Shown: in pieces, positions 37,609-48,536 of the stretch
Position numbering within the stretch: position 1 is the first letter of the stretch
Layout of the letters: each line of letters starts with the position of its first letter
Origin: Microgenomates group bacterium
GTDB lineage: Bacteria; Patescibacteriota; Microgenomatia; UBA10105; UBA927
Direction of reading: 5' to 3'
Length of the DNA: 64,000 bases
NCBI GenBank assembly: GCA_049287205.1
Contig: JBAQFJ010000001.1
Span: 943,653 to 1,007,652 of the forward strand
Program-made: the position numbers and the translations under genes
The notes under the pieces: generated by a model
What the model was told of the DNA's origin: nothing
Databases searched by the model: none
What the model saw: only the letters and a program-made list of their open reading frames with translations

Positions 37609-37639
37609 TTGACTTATATCCCCCCCATAGGGATAGAAT
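37609..37639. promoter_or_regulatory. Candidate CsoR operator overlapping a TTGACT-19-TAGAAT promoter in the csoR / permease-copZ divergent region
   Basis: GC-tract pseudo-palindrome TATCCCCCCCATAGGGATA between a -35-like and a -10-like hexamer. Confidence 0.4.
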
Positions 37640-37656
37640 AGAGAGGTTATCAACGA

Positions 37657-38691
37657 TTGTCAATAGTAGTATTTATGCCAAATTTGTATCTTATTTTTTT
37701 GACAGGACTTATCACAGGAGGCATTGGTTGCATGGCAGTGCAAGGGGGACTTCTTGCAAGTATCATTGCGACGAGACAGGTAAAAGAACACACTCTCAAG
37801 AGTACGCTTTGGATTGTTTTGATATTTTTAATTGGGAAGATCTTCGCATATACATTGCTTGGATTTGCACTGGGGTGGGTGGGTTCATTTTTTCAAATGA
37901 CGGTTATAACCCGAGTAGTTCTCATGGTGGTAGCATCGCTGTTTATGATTGTGACGGCTTTGAATTTATTCGAGGTGCATCCGATATTTCGTCGTTTTGC
38001 TATACAGCCGCCGAAGTTTTTTTATAGATTTGCACGAAAAGAATCAAAAACACTTGATTGGTTTGCACCACTTTTTGTTGGAGTTCTTACTATATTTCTA
38101 CCGTGCGGAACAACACAAGCGATGATGGTGACCGCACTCCAATATGGAAATCCTGTATTATCGGCAAGTATTTTATTAGTGTTTACCTTAGGGACCGTGC
38201 CTTTATTTATACTGTTTGGCGTGTTGATACAGGCTGCATCTGTTGTGTTTACGAAGTATTTTGCGCCGATTGCCGCGACGCTTGTCATTGGACTTGCAGT
38301 ATGGAATTTGAGTAATGCAGCTGCCATCAGCGGATTTGACGTACGTGAAATAACGAAGCCAATGGTTTGCCAACTTGTGTATTGTGATGAGATTGTGGGG
38401 AATACACAGCAAAAACAAGTAGCCACAACGACACCCATAATTACGATTAACGCCACGTCTTATACCATTGATAATCCACATATCAAAGCCGGATCAGAAG
38501 TGAAATTGACGGTGAAAAATGTTCGTGGGGGCGGCTGCATACAATTTTTTACAATACCAAAACTACGTATTGAGAAAACAATTGCGGTGGGCGAGGAAGA
38601 GATACTGGTATTTACGGCTCCCAAAGAAAAAGGATCCTTGCCATTTATGTGTAGTATGGGTATGTATCGGGGAGCGTTTATCGTTGAATAG
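37657..38691 (+). CDS. Putative metal-transport permease with a C-terminal soluble metal-binding-like domain
   Basis: Six to eight TM helices with CxxC-like cysteines in the first TM (GGIGCMAVQGG). It lies in the copper operon next to copZ. Family uncertain (TauE/CcdA-like). Confidence 0.35.
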   Translation: MSIVVFMPNLYLIFLTGLITGGIGCMAVQGGLLASIIATRQVKEHTLKSTLWIVLIFLIGKIFAYTLLGFALGWVGSFFQMTVITRVVLMVVASLFMIVTALNLFEVHPIFRRFAIQPPKFFYRFARKESKTLDWFAPLFVGVLTIFLPCGTTQAMMVTALQYGNPVLSASILLVFTLGTVPLFILFGVLIQAASVVFTKYFAPIAATLVIGLAVWNLSNAAAISGFDVREITKPMVCQLVYCDEIVGNTQQKQVATTTPIITINATSYTIDNPHIKAGSEVKLTVKNVRGGGCIQFFTIPKLRIEKTIAVGEEEILVFTAPKEKGSLPFMCSMGMYRGAFIVE

Positions 38692-38698
38692 GAGGAAT

Positions 38699-38902
38699 AT
38701 GACAACAATACAATTAAAATTATCTGGTATGCACTGTGTGAGTTGTTCACTGCTGATTGAGGGGGAGCTAGAAGATATTGGGGTGCAGGCAAAGGCAAAT
38801 TACGCAAAACAGTTGGTAGATTGTACGTACGACGAGGAAAAAATTGATGTAAAAAAAATACAGGAAGTGATTGAAAAACTTGGGTACAAGGTGGTCAGTT
38901 AA
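38699..38902 (+). CDS. copZ: Copper chaperone CopZ (HMA domain)
   Basis: MTTIQLKLSGMHCVSCS motif (GMxCxxC). A GGAGG RBS precedes it. The ORF-track start at 38519 is too long. Confidence 0.75.
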   Translation: MTTIQLKLSGMHCVSCSLLIEGELEDIGVQAKANYAKQLVDCTYDEEKIDVKKIQEVIEKLGYKVVS

Positions 38903-39328
38903 TCAGTTTTTCAGCGTCAGCAAATAGGTCTCAAGTTGTTTGAGGGCGTCGTCCTCTGAAGAAAAAGGAATTTCTTTTTTTACAGCAGGACACCCCCTGA
39001 GCATACGACTGACTCTGTCAGTCTTCTCATAGAGAAGGACAACGGGTTTGCCGGTTTGATGTGCATGTTCTACCTCAATACCAGTGCCTGTGGTAGGTTC
39101 GCCGACATAGGCAATCATGATGTCGCTTTTGTCGAGCGCAGCAATGTCCCGGTTGTAGACGTCTTGAGAAGAGACATCAGGATTTGCATCCGGATCAGTG
39201 CCGTTTAAAAATGCCCAGAAGTAGGTAAACCCGAGATTTTCGGCAATAGCAGCCATTTTTTTGTAAAACGATTTCGTTTTATCGGGTTTAGGTAAATCGT
39301 TGAGCGCGCCGGCAAAAAATATATGCAT
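38903..39328 (-). CDS. Nucleoside 2-deoxyribosyltransferase-like protein
   Basis: IFFAGAL N-terminus and IAYVGEPTTGTGIEVEHAHQTGKPVVLL, typical of the NDT family. Confidence 0.45.
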   Translation of the reverse strand: MHIFFAGALNDLPKPDKTKSFYKKMAAIAENLGFTYFWAFLNGTDPDANPDVSSQDVYNRDIAALDKSDIMIAYVGEPTTGTGIEVEHAHQTGKPVVLLYEKTDRVSRMLRGCPAVKKEIPFSSEDDALKQLETYLLTLKN

Positions 39329-39415
39329 ATTGTTCTTTGTTCCTGTAAGAAATATAGTATACTACTTATGCAAGCCACGCAATTTTATTATCGTACTGAT
39401 GTTTGAAGGAGGAAT

Positions 39416-39736
39416 ATGACAGATATAACGTTAACTGATCAAAGTTTTGATGAACTCGTAATAAAGAGCGATGTTCCATTTTTAGTTGATTTTTGGGCAG
39501 TGTGGTGCGGACCATGTCAGACACAGGGGCCGATCATTGAAGAAATTGCGACAGCTTTTGCAGGAAAAGCAAAAGTCGGAAAAGTGAATGTTGATGAGAA
39601 TCCGCAGACAGCCGGAAAATACGGCATCATGTCTATTCCAACGCTTATGATTTTTAAAGGCGGTGCCGTTGTTAAACAACTTATTGGACTGCAGAGCAAA
39701 GAGATGATTGTTTCAGAATTGAATAAACTGGTGTAA
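39416..39736 (+). CDS. trxA: Thioredoxin
   Basis: WCGPC active site. Confidence 0.9.
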   Translation: MTDITLTDQSFDELVIKSDVPFLVDFWAVWCGPCQTQGPIIEEIATAFAGKAKVGKVNVDENPQTAGKYGIMSIPTLMIFKGGAVVKQLIGLQSKEMIVSELNKLV

Positions 39737-39741
39737 TTTTT

Positions 39742-40671
39742 ATGTACGACGTACTCATTATCGGATCAGGACCTGCAGGATATACAGCTGCTATTTATTC
39801 GTCCCGTGCATTTTTAAAAACGCTCGTTATTTCAGGGTATATTCCCGGCGGACAACTGACCACAACAACAGACATTGATAATTTTCCCGGATTTCCAAAA
39901 GGCATCATGGGACCGCAACTGATGACGGACATGGGGGAGCAGGCAAAGCGATTTGGGACAGAGTTTGTGACAGATGCGGTAACAACCATTGAAACAAATA
40001 CCGATGGAACATTTGCAGTGAAAACAGGAAATGGTGCGTATCAGACAAAATCCATTATTATCGCAACAGGAGCGCAGGCGAAAGAATTGGGTACCCTCGG
40101 GGAAGAGCAATATCGGGGGAAGGGAATCAGTTATTGTGCAACCTGTGACGGGTTTTTTTTCAGAGAAAAACACGTTATTGTCGTCGGCGGCGGGGATACA
40201 GCAATGGAAGAGGCAACGTTTTTGACGAAATTTGCCGCGCACGTCACAATCCTGCATCGCAGGGAAGAATTCCGAGCAAGCGCCATCATGCTAGAGCGAG
40301 CGAAAAAAGATCCAAAAATTTCATTTATGACTAATACTGTTATTGAATCGTTTACGGGAGATATGAAGCTAACTGGAGTGAAATTGAAAAATACAGTGAC
40401 AAATGAAGTGACAGAGATGTTGATTGATGGCGTGTTTGCGGCTATCGGACATACGCCCGCAACAGGATTTTTAAAAGATGTCGTGACGATGGATGAAAAA
40501 GGATATGTCATAACAAAAAAAGGCGATGTGGTAGAGACTGCAACATCAGTTGAAGGAATTTTTGCCGCAGGAGACTGTGTTGATACGCGCTACCGTCAGG
40601 GAATTGTTGCGGCGGGGACTGGTGCAATGGCAGCGATCGATGCGGAACGATATCTGCAGGATAAAACATAA
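39742..40671 (+). CDS. trxB: Thioredoxin-disulfide reductase
   Basis: CATC redox centre (CATCDGFFF) and FAD/NAD GxGxxG/A motifs. Confidence 0.85.
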   Translation: MYDVLIIGSGPAGYTAAIYSSRAFLKTLVISGYIPGGQLTTTTDIDNFPGFPKGIMGPQLMTDMGEQAKRFGTEFVTDAVTTIETNTDGTFAVKTGNGAYQTKSIIIATGAQAKELGTLGEEQYRGKGISYCATCDGFFFREKHVIVVGGGDTAMEEATFLTKFAAHVTILHRREEFRASAIMLERAKKDPKISFMTNTVIESFTGDMKLTGVKLKNTVTNEVTEMLIDGVFAAIGHTPATGFLKDVVTMDEKGYVITKKGDVVETATSVEGIFAAGDCVDTRYRQGIVAAGTGAMAAIDAERYLQDKT

Positions 40672-40673
40672 TC

Positions 40674-41360
40674 ATGCAAACACCAGCACTTCATACCGCG
40701 CGAATTAAACACATCCAAAAGCTTACAGACACAGTGTATGAATTTACCTATACTTTTCTTGACACAACACCGATGCAGTTTTCTGCTGGCCAGTATGGAA
40801 CGGTAATTATTGACAGCACCAATCGGAGACAATATTCGTTTTGTTCTGATCCAAAACACACCGATACGGTAAGCATGGTGATTGATACAAAACCGATGGG
40901 GCCGGGGTCAATGTATTTCCTTTCAAAAAAAATAGGGGATGCTATTCAGATGCTAGCGCCACTAGGAAATTTTGTTCTTGAACCAAGCCCAAGAAAGAAG
41001 CTTTTTGTCGCGACAGGAACGGGAATTGCACCGATCAAAAGTATGATTTTAGACGCGATACAAACAATGCCGATAATATTGCATTGGGGGCTTCGACATG
41101 AAACAGATATGTATTGGGACAAAGAATTTACCGAGTTAGCCAAAAAGCATCCTACATTTCAGTACAATCTTGTGTTGTCAAAACCAGAAACGCAATGGCA
41201 GGGGAAAACCGGTCATGTCACAGATCATCTTGCGGAAGTGGATGAATTGTTAGATACTGATTATTACCTTTGCGGAAACAAACAGATGATTTCTGATGCG
41301 AAGGAACTGCTTCTTGCCCACCATGTCCCTGATGGACAGATTAAAACAGAAATGTTTTAA
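40674..41360 (+). CDS. Ferredoxin-NADP+ reductase-like FAD/NAD(P)-binding oxidoreductase
   Basis: RQYSF FAD-binding motif and GTGIAP NAD(P)-binding motif. Confidence 0.6.
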   Translation: MQTPALHTARIKHIQKLTDTVYEFTYTFLDTTPMQFSAGQYGTVIIDSTNRRQYSFCSDPKHTDTVSMVIDTKPMGPGSMYFLSKKIGDAIQMLAPLGNFVLEPSPRKKLFVATGTGIAPIKSMILDAIQTMPIILHWGLRHETDMYWDKEFTELAKKHPTFQYNLVLSKPETQWQGKTGHVTDHLAEVDELLDTDYYLCGNKQMISDAKELLLAHHVPDGQIKTEMF

Positions 41361-41394
41361 TAATTATTCATTTTTTTAGGAAGGATGTATTGTT

Positions 41395-42663
41395 ATGGTT
41401 ACTATCAATCCATTTGAAAATGCAATGAAACAGCTGGAAAAGGCAGCTGTATTTGTTGGAAAATCCCACTCCGTTCAAACTTCGCGGGATGGAGAGAATT
41501 TGGAAATTCTCAAACAACCTCAACGTATACTCAATGTGACCATTCCTGTGAAGATGGATAATGGAAGGACAAAAATCTTCCAAGGATATCGCGTGCAGTT
41601 TAATAATGCCAGAGGCCCATATAAGGGGGGCATTCGTTTTCATCCACAAGTGTCTCTTGATGAAGTGAAAGCATTGTCGTTTTGGATGGCAATGAAATGT
41701 GCTGTAGCTGATCTTCCACTTGGCGGCGGGAAAGGCGGGGTGATTGTTGACCCAAAAACATTGTCGACGAGTGAACTTGAACGGTTGTCTCGGGGGTATG
41801 TCCGCGCGATTTCTGACAATATAGGGCCTTCTAAAGATGTACCGGCGCCTGATGTAAATACCACAGGACAAATTATGGGATGGATGGTGGATGAATATAT
41901 TAAACTCCAGCAGAAAAAACTGACAAAAAAAGAAACACTGAAATTACGGTCAACATTTACCGGAAAACTCATCAGTGATGGGGGAAGTGAGGGGAGAGAA
42001 GAAGCAACAGGACTTGGAGGACTGTTTGTGTTGCAAGCCATGCTCAAAAAAATGAAATTGTTAGGCAAATTAACTGCTGCAGTACAGGGGTTTGGAAATG
42101 TGGGGTATAACATTGCAAAATTCTTGCATGAACAGGGTTTTGTTGTTGTAGCAGTCTCTGACAGTAAAGGCGGTATATATAATAAGGAAGGATTAGATCC
42201 AGAGTCAGTACTTGCTGTTAAGAAGAAAACAGGCACACTTCCACGCATCGGAAAAGCAATTACAAATGCAGCATTGCTAGAGCTTCCGGTTGACGTACTC
42301 GTTCCATCTGCACTCGAAAGCGTCATCACAAAGGCAAATGCCACAAAGATCAAGGCGCGGGTGATTTTGGAAATGGCAAACGGACCGATCGCGTCGGAAG
42401 CAGACAGTATCCTCTACAAAAAGGGGATCGTGGTGATTCCTGATATTTTGGCCAATTCCGGCGGCGTCTCGGTTTCCGCATTTGAATGGGAGCAAAACCT
42501 GAAAGCACAACATTGGACAAAAAAGGCAGTGAATGCCAAGCTTAAAACGAAAATGGAAAAGGCTGCAACTGATATCTGGGTTATGGCGAAGAAGATCAAG
42601 ACTGATCTTCGCACTGCAGCGTTTGTCGTTGCATTGGAACGAATCTTAAAAGCAATGAAGTAA
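41395..42663 (+). CDS. Glutamate dehydrogenase (Glu/Leu/Phe/Val dehydrogenase family)
   Basis: [14 protein letters not shown] catalytic glycine-rich motif and a C-terminal Rossmann domain. Confidence 0.85.
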   Translation: MVTINPFENAMKQLEKAAVFVGKSHSVQTSRDGENLEILKQPQRILNVTIPVKMDNGRTKIFQGYRVQFNNARGPYKGGIRFHPQVSLDEVKALSFWMAMKCAVADLPLGGGKGGVIVDPKTLSTSELERLSRGYVRAISDNIGPSKDVPAPDVNTTGQIMGWMVDEYIKLQQKKLTKKETLKLRSTFTGKLISDGGSEGREEATGLGGLFVLQAMLKKMKLLGKLTAAVQGFGNVGYNIAKFLHEQGFVVVAVSDSKGGIYNKEGLDPESVLAVKKKTGTLPRIGKAITNAALLELPVDVLVPSALESVITKANATKIKARVILEMANGPIASEADSILYKKGIVVIPDILANSGGVSVSAFEWEQNLKAQHWTKKAVNAKLKTKMEKAATDIWVMAKKIKTDLRTAAFVVALERILKAMK

Positions 42664-42671
42664 TACGTTTG

Positions 42672-43055
42672 TTATGCGTCGCCAGTGAATTTTTGTCCAA
42701 ACGCCTTTTTTGCGTTGCGTTCAACTTCTCTCCAATCTGGCTCACCGCGTTTTTGGGGAATTACCTTTTCTTTTTGTACTCCTACGTGTTTTGCGCGTTC
42801 AACCAATGCATCAAGATGTTGAAATCTGTTTGTTATAATTGACTGTTGATCATGTTTTGGAAGCGTAGAAAGAATAAGTGCCTCACTGAAGCTAAAAGCG
42901 ATACCAACAAACTGAGTACCTGAAGGGTTATTCTCAGGCGACATGGCTCTTATAGTAAGAAAGAAAGAGGTATATCGCAATGCAGCGCTGTGATGTATAT
43001 CACTAGCGGTACATTCCTTGTTGACATGACTGGTAAACTTGCGTAGAATATACAT
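42672..43055 (-). CDS. Doubtful hypothetical ORF. Its 5' part overlaps a strong plus-strand promoter, and the true start, if any, may be the internal Met at 42944.
   Basis: No recognised domain. Confidence 0.25.
   Translation of the reverse strand: MYILRKFTSHVNKECTASDIHHSAALRYTSFFLTIRAMSPENNPSGTQFVGIAFSFSEALILSTLPKHDQQSIITNRFQHLDALVERAKHVGVQKEKVIPQKRGEPDWREVERNAKKAFGQKFTGDA
43021..43049 (+). promoter_or_regulatory. Sigma70-type promoter TTGACA-17-TAGAAT for the rRNA operon leader or a small RNA
   Basis: Read directly: TTGACA tgactggtaaacttgcg TAGAAT. Confidence 0.55.
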
Positions 43056-43206
43056 TTGCTCGTGTAAGGGTATACTTTTTTATTGATTTCTCGTTCGTTT
43101 CCAAGAGAAATGAGTAAAAAATTATTCATGACAAGACACACACCATATAACCGAAAGATAAACGGATTTTTGCCGTGGTGATCTTCTTTCATGGATAACG
43201 TATGAA

Positions 43207-43230
43207 CCCCGCACAGGCGGGGTTTTTCTT
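43207..43230 (+). terminator. Intrinsic terminator or attenuator (CCCCGC-ACAG-GCGGGG followed by TTTTTCTTT) between the promoter and tRNA-Ala
   Basis: GC hairpin plus a T-run on the plus strand, about 160 nt downstream of the promoter. Confidence 0.55.
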
Positions 43231-43310
43231 TGCCCTTCGAAGTTTTAACGAAGGAGGGTAATGGACCCCTCGCACATTTTTAAAGTTGGACGACACACTC
43301 TCTGGGTTTC

Positions 43311-43383
43311 GGGCCCGTAGCTTAGCTGGTAGAGCGCATCATTTGCAATGATGAGGTCACCGGTTCGAATCCGGTCGGGTCCA
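43311..43383 (+). tRNA. tRNA-Ala (anticodon UGC)
   Basis: GGGCCCGUAGCUUAGCUGGUAGAGCGCAUCAUUUGCAAUGAUGAGGUCACCGGUUCGAAUCCGGUCGGGUCCA with a G3:U70 pair. Confidence 0.9.
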
Positions 43384-43935
43384 CAATAAAAAGTTCGTTT
43401 CGCGGGATAAGCGATTACTGAGTAATCTTTTATCTCGCGACAAGAGCGCGTCGTCGCGTAAACCGCGACAATAGCACTTTTACAATATCAATAGTATCTT
43501 CCTTTATAAATAGGACAAGGAAGATACATGGTTTTTTTGAATGAAATATGAGTAGTTACATCGTAAGGGATAATCTTAAATGTTGATTACCTGTTACGAT
43601 GACATTTCGTTGGGCGACAATTTTTTTATTAAATGAGTCGAGAAAAATAGAGCAAAGCGCGCTAATTAATTTTAGCTCCTTTGTTCTCTGCAACGCTTTT
43701 AAAGTTGATAATGGATGCCCTGGGTATTCATGCCGAGGAAGGACGTATATGACAGCGATATTCGTCGGGGAGGAGTCATAATCCTGTGATCCGGCGGTTT
43801 CCGAATGGGGAAACCCGTCTAGTGAAGAACTAGTCAATGTACGATGAAGATAACCGAAAGGTTGGGATAGTCGTATGTAGGATACCGGGCGAACTGAAAC
43901 ATCTCAGTAGCCTGAGGAATAGAAATCAAGTACGA

Positions 43936-43967
<32 letters not shown>

Positions 43968-45684
43968 AAGTCTAAACCACAGCGCAAGTTGTGGGGTTGT
44001 AGGGCTTTCGATCTGGAATGCAATTGGTGATAACAGAATACCGTGGAATAGGAAACCAAAGAACGTGAAAGTCGTGTATGTGAAATTACCAATTCTCCTA
44101 GAGAGTTCCTAAGTACCATGGACCACGAAGGGTCTGTGGGAATCTGGGTCAACCACGATCCAAGACTAAATACATGAATGCACCGATAGTGAACAAGTAC
44201 CATGAGGGAAAGGTGAAAAGCACCCCGGAAGGGGAATGAAATAGTACCTGAAATTATCAACTAACAAACAGACGAAGTCCTGCAATCGCAAGATTTGGAT
44301 AACGTCGTGCCTATTGAAGAATGAACCGGCGAGTTGCCCAGTACGGCTTTGCTTAATCAAGTAACCCTTGAGGAGGCGTAGTGAAAGCGAGGTCTAATTG
44401 ACCGATTATGTTGTACTGGACAGACCCGAAACCAGGTGAGCTAACCATGAGCAGGGTGAATGTTGACGAAAGCCAACAAGAGGCCCGAACTCGTCAGAGC
44501 TGCAAATCTGTGAGATGACTTGTGGTTAGGGGTAATATGCCTATCGAACCTGGAGATAGCTGGTTCTCCCCGAAATATATTTAGGTATAGCGGTTACTAA
44601 TTCCCGGAAGGGGTAGAGCACTGAATGATACGTGTTTCGCAAGGAATACGCATCAATCAAACTCCGAATACTTTCCGTGATACCGTAACTAGTCAGACAT
44701 GCACGGCTAAGCGCGTGTGTCAAGAGGGCAACAGCCCGGACTTACATCTAAGGTCTCTAAGTGTGTGCTCAGTGGTTAAGGAAGTTATGAATTTAAGACA
44801 CCCAGGAAGTTGGCTCAGAAGCAGCCACCTTTTAAAGAACGCGTAACAGCGCACTGGATGAAATTCGTAGCGCCGAAAATGAACGAGGCTCAAGCACGCC
44901 ACCGAAGATTAAGATGTGCCGTAAGGCACGTGGTAGGGGAGCGTTCTGTTCTGCGGTGAAGGTTAGGCTGTAAGGCTGACTGGAGCGGACAGAAGTGAGA
45001 ATGCCGGTATGAGTAGCGTTTGGAAGTGAGAATCTTCCATGCCGAATGCGCAAGGTTTCCGAAGCAACGTTCGTCGACTTCGGGTAAGTCGGATCTAAGC
45101 CGAGGCCATTATTTTGATGGCGTAGGTCGATGTATAAACGGTTTATATTCCGTTACTATAGTGTATTGATTAAGACACAAAGGAATGACAATGAGGGATT
45201 TGTTGATGTCTCGCACTCGCGGGATCTAAGCATTAAAGTAGTGAGGACTGGTAAATCCGTTCTCATGTTTAACTAAAGATGTGGGGGAGTTTGAGGAGCA
45301 ATCCGATGACAACATCAATCGTTTCTTATTCGAGAAAAGTTTCGTTGTGAAATACATTGTATCCGTACTAATAACCAACACTGGTGCGCTGGTAGAGTAT
45401 ACCAAGGCAAGCGGGCGACAGCAGTTTAAGGAACTCGGCAACAAAAACTAGGTGTAACTTATTGGAGATACCTTACCTAGAGCAATCTAGGTCACAGTAA
45501 ACGACACTATGCAACTGTTTAACTAAAACACAGGTCTCTGCGAAGCGGAAACGCAACGTATAGGGGCTGACACCTGCCCAGTGCCGGTAAGTTAAAAATG
45601 GTCGGTAAACAAAAACGTAAGTTTTTTTAGCTGGCTTTTTAAGCTCCGGTGAACGGCAGCAGTAACTATAACTGTTCTATGGTA

Positions 45685-46292
45685 AATTTTCGTTGCTATA
45701 GTGAGGTAGACAAACCTCTCTTTTATTCCCCGTGCAAAAGGAAGGCGGGATAAAAGAAAAATTGTGCTAAATGCTGGAAACTCTGAGTATCTTGTGCTAC
45801 TATGTGTTATATGACACATAGTGAAAAAGCATCAAGTGCAGACAATCAGCAGGAAAGATTGGATCCGTGGTGGATTGTAGGATTTGTTGATGGAGAAGGA
45901 TGTTTTTCCGTTAGTACGTTTAAAAATTCAACTTGTTCAAGTGGGTTTCAAACTCTTTATGAGTTTGTGGTCACACAAGGAGAAACGAGTAAACGAGCTA
46001 TGGAAGCAATCAAAACTTATTTTGGTTGCGGAGCGATTTATATAAATCGCAGACATGATAACCATCATCACGATCTTTTACGATATTGTGTACGAAAGCA
46101 GGAAGATTTGAAAACAAAAATCATCCCGTTTTTCAGAAAATATCCATTACAATCTGCAAAACAAGAACAATTTGAGACATTTTGTCAAAAATTGTTTGAT
46201 CCAAAATCCTCAACGACTATACGCACAACTCGGTAAAACGAGAAGATATAGTCTGATCTTCATGGCGACATGAAGTTAACAAATTTTTATGA
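45685..46292 (+). other. Group I intron in 23S domain IV, after GGTA and before GCGAAATTCC (E. coli ~1931 site), carrying a LAGLIDADG ORF
   Basis: The exon sequence is interrupted between ...AACTGTTCTATGGTA and GCGAAATTCCTTGTCGGG. Boundaries are accurate to within 1-2 nt. Confidence 0.7.
45802..46236 (+). CDS. LAGLIDADG homing endonuclease (single-motif, I-CreI-like), intron-encoded
   Basis: VGFVDGEGCF motif. Located inside the 23S intron. Confidence 0.8.
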   Translation: MCYMTHSEKASSADNQQERLDPWWIVGFVDGEGCFSVSTFKNSTCSSGFQTLYEFVVTQGETSKRAMEAIKTYFGCGAIYINRRHDNHHHDLLRYCVRKQEDLKTKIIPFFRKYPLQSAKQEQFETFCQKLFDPKSSTTIRTTR

Positions 46293-46912
46293 GCGAAATT
46301 CCTTGTCGGGCAAGTTCCGACCCGCACGAAAGGTAGAATGACATAGTGACTGTCTTAAACTGTTACCCGGCGAAATTGAAATGGCTGTGAAGATGCGGCC
46401 TACTCACACATGGACAAAAAGACCCCATGAAGCTTTACTGCAATTTGGCACTGAAGAGTTTATTTTAACTGTCGAGTATAGGTGGGAGCCTTCGGGCGAA
46501 CAATGGAATACCACTCTTTAAAATGAATGAATCTTACTTACTCCTACATAAAAATCTAGGAGCAGGACACTGTCTGATGGGCAGTTTAACTGGGGAGGTT
46601 GCCTCCAAAAGTGTAACGGAGGCGTGCAAAGGTTGGCTAATCCTGAATGGAAACCAGGACGTGTCGTGCAAACGCGATAAGCCAGCTTGACTGCGAGACG
46701 TACATGTCGAGCAGATGCGAAAGCAGGCGTTAGTGATCCTCGATACCCTCGTGGGAGGGTTCGGGCTTAACGGATAAAAGCTACTCTGGGGATAACAGGC
46801 TGATCGCTTCCGAGAGTCCATATCGACGAGGCGGTTTGGCACCTCGATGTCGGCTCATCCTATCCTGGGGCTGTAGAAGGTCCCAAGGGTCCGGCTGTTC
46901 GCCGGTTAAAAG

Positions 46913-46948
<36 letters not shown>

Positions 46949-47310
46949 AGACCTTAGTGGAATAGACGCCACTATAACGAGCTGTCCATCCTTTACCGTT
47001 CTAGAATCTTTGTATATCGAGAAATTTTAAAGGATCCCGCAAAACAATACTAATTATATTGAATGCGGGAATAAATCTGACTAATTGCTGGAAACACTCA
47101 GTATCTAATACTACTTTTAAAAAAAGTAACAATGTATTAGTGGAGTCAATCAGCAGGGAAGGCCCCGCCTTGGCGGGGAACCCTCAGAGACTATATGTCA
47201 GATCTGGCTTCGCCAGAAAGATATAGTCCGAACTGTATGGCGACATACAGACTGCAGCAGAAATGCGTGCAGAGTCGTTTTTACATCAAAAAACGATATT
47301 AACATTATTG
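46949..47310 (+). other. ORF-less group I intron in 23S domain V, inserted after GAGACAGT and before TCGGTC (E. coli 2593 / I-CreI-type site)
   Basis: The exon resumes with TCGGTCTCTATCC...CTAGTACGAGAGGACCG. The intron ends in G. It shares an AAGATATAGTC...ATGGCGACAT core-like block with intron 1. Confidence 0.7.
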
Positions 47311-47754
47311 TCGGTCTCTATCCTGTGTGAGCGTTCGATTCTTGAGGGGAGTTCTCTCTAGTACGAGAGGACCGAGAGGAACAGATCCCTGGTTTGCCTG
47401 TTGTCACCCTGAGAGGTGGCACCGCAGGGTAGCTAGATCTGGAAGGGATAAGTGCTGAAAGCATCTCAAGCACCAAGCCCACCCCAAGATGAAGAATCGT
47501 TGAAGATCCGTTGTAGATGACAACGTTGATAGGCGAGAAGTGTACGCACCGTGAGGTGTTCTAGCTTACTCGTACTAATTGATCGAATGTTGTGGAGAAC
47601 AAAGGAAGATTTGTTCTATTCCCAAACGATATGAACATCGCCTCTGGGATCAGCAACAAGATTATCCCTTATGTGTAATTACTCATTCAAAAAGTGTGAA
47701 TATTGATATTAACAATTAAATATTGGTAAAATAGCGAATCGAGAACCGCTCTAG

Positions 47755-47882
47755 AGTTCTCCAGTTTTTTGAGCGACGTGGCACCACCCGATCCCATCCC
47801 GAACTCGGAAGTGAAACGCGTTAGCGCTGACAATACTTGGTCCGCGAGGTCCTGGGAAGATAAGTCAAAGCTGGGGAACTGT
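47755..47882 (+). rRNA. rrf: 5S ribosomal RNA (boundaries approximate)
   Basis: CCCATCCCGAACTCGGAAGTGAAACGCGTTAGCGCTGA core, and a helix I GTTCTCCAG/CTGGGGAAC extended into a long processing stem. Confidence 0.7.
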
Positions 47883-47897
47883 GGAGCGGTTTTTTCG
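47871..47897 (+). terminator. rRNA operon terminator: the 3' arm of the long 5S-flanking stem followed by TTTTTT
   Basis: CTGGGGAACTGTGGAGCGG pairs with CCGCTCTAGAGTTCTCCAG (47742-47760). It is followed by TTTTTTCG. Confidence 0.5.
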
Positions 47898-48000
47898 TGG
47901 AAAAAAAATAACACCCTTACCTTGATCGAAAATCGATCTTCCGACTTGTCGGAATGAACAGGTAAGAGTGTCGGATTGAGTTTGTTCAATCGTTGGGAGA

Positions 48001-48453
48001 TTATCCAATGCCAATACAAAATGCGGCAGAATCCAGGCGTTTTAGCCACACATTTACCGCCATTGGTTTTCCAATTTGGGTTGGAAAATATATGGGAACG
48101 ATGCGTTCTTTTACCAGTTGATTGATTTTTTCTTTGAGTAGTGTCAGATCAGCTGTTCTGCTCCAATCCATAAAGTCACTATTATTGGCGCTCCATTCAA
48201 CGGTTATAACAACCCCATATGCTGAATCAGCTTCTTCTAGATGTGGTTTACGAACAATGAGTACGTCATCACCTGTTGCTTCAAATTTCAGTAAACCAAC
48301 ATTGATAAGGAGTTGTTGCAATGCTTTCCGATATGCAACAAGATTGCCGTTTAATGCTATTCCAGGTTCAAAAATATCTGTTCGAACGTCTCCCATTTTA
48401 TCCTCCCGAACACTATATAAATTTAGGTGTTTACCACGCGTTTGTGTTGACAC
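48001..48453 (-). CDS. Hypothetical protein (150 aa)
   Basis: No recognised domain. A hairpin-rich region lies downstream of its stop. Confidence 0.4.
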   Translation of the reverse strand: MSTQTRGKHLNLYSVREDKMGDVRTDIFEPGIALNGNLVAYRKALQQLLINVGLLKFEATGDDVLIVRKPHLEEADSAYGVVITVEWSANNSDFMDWSRTADLTLLKEKINQLVKERIVPIYFPTQIGKPMAVNVWLKRLDSAAFCIGIG

Positions 48454-48483
48454 CTGCGATTGTATTGCCTCAATTTCAGCAAC

Positions 48484-48512
48484 TTGACAGCATCATACGC
48501 GTATCCTATAAT
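48484..48512 (+). promoter_or_regulatory. Consensus sigma70 promoter TTGACA-17-TATAAT upstream of the TrmB-like regulator
   Basis: TTGACA gcatcatacgcgtatcc TATAAT, about 25 nt before the ATG at 48537. Confidence 0.6.
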
Positions 48513-48536
48513 AGAAGCAAACATCTGTTCGTTTAT

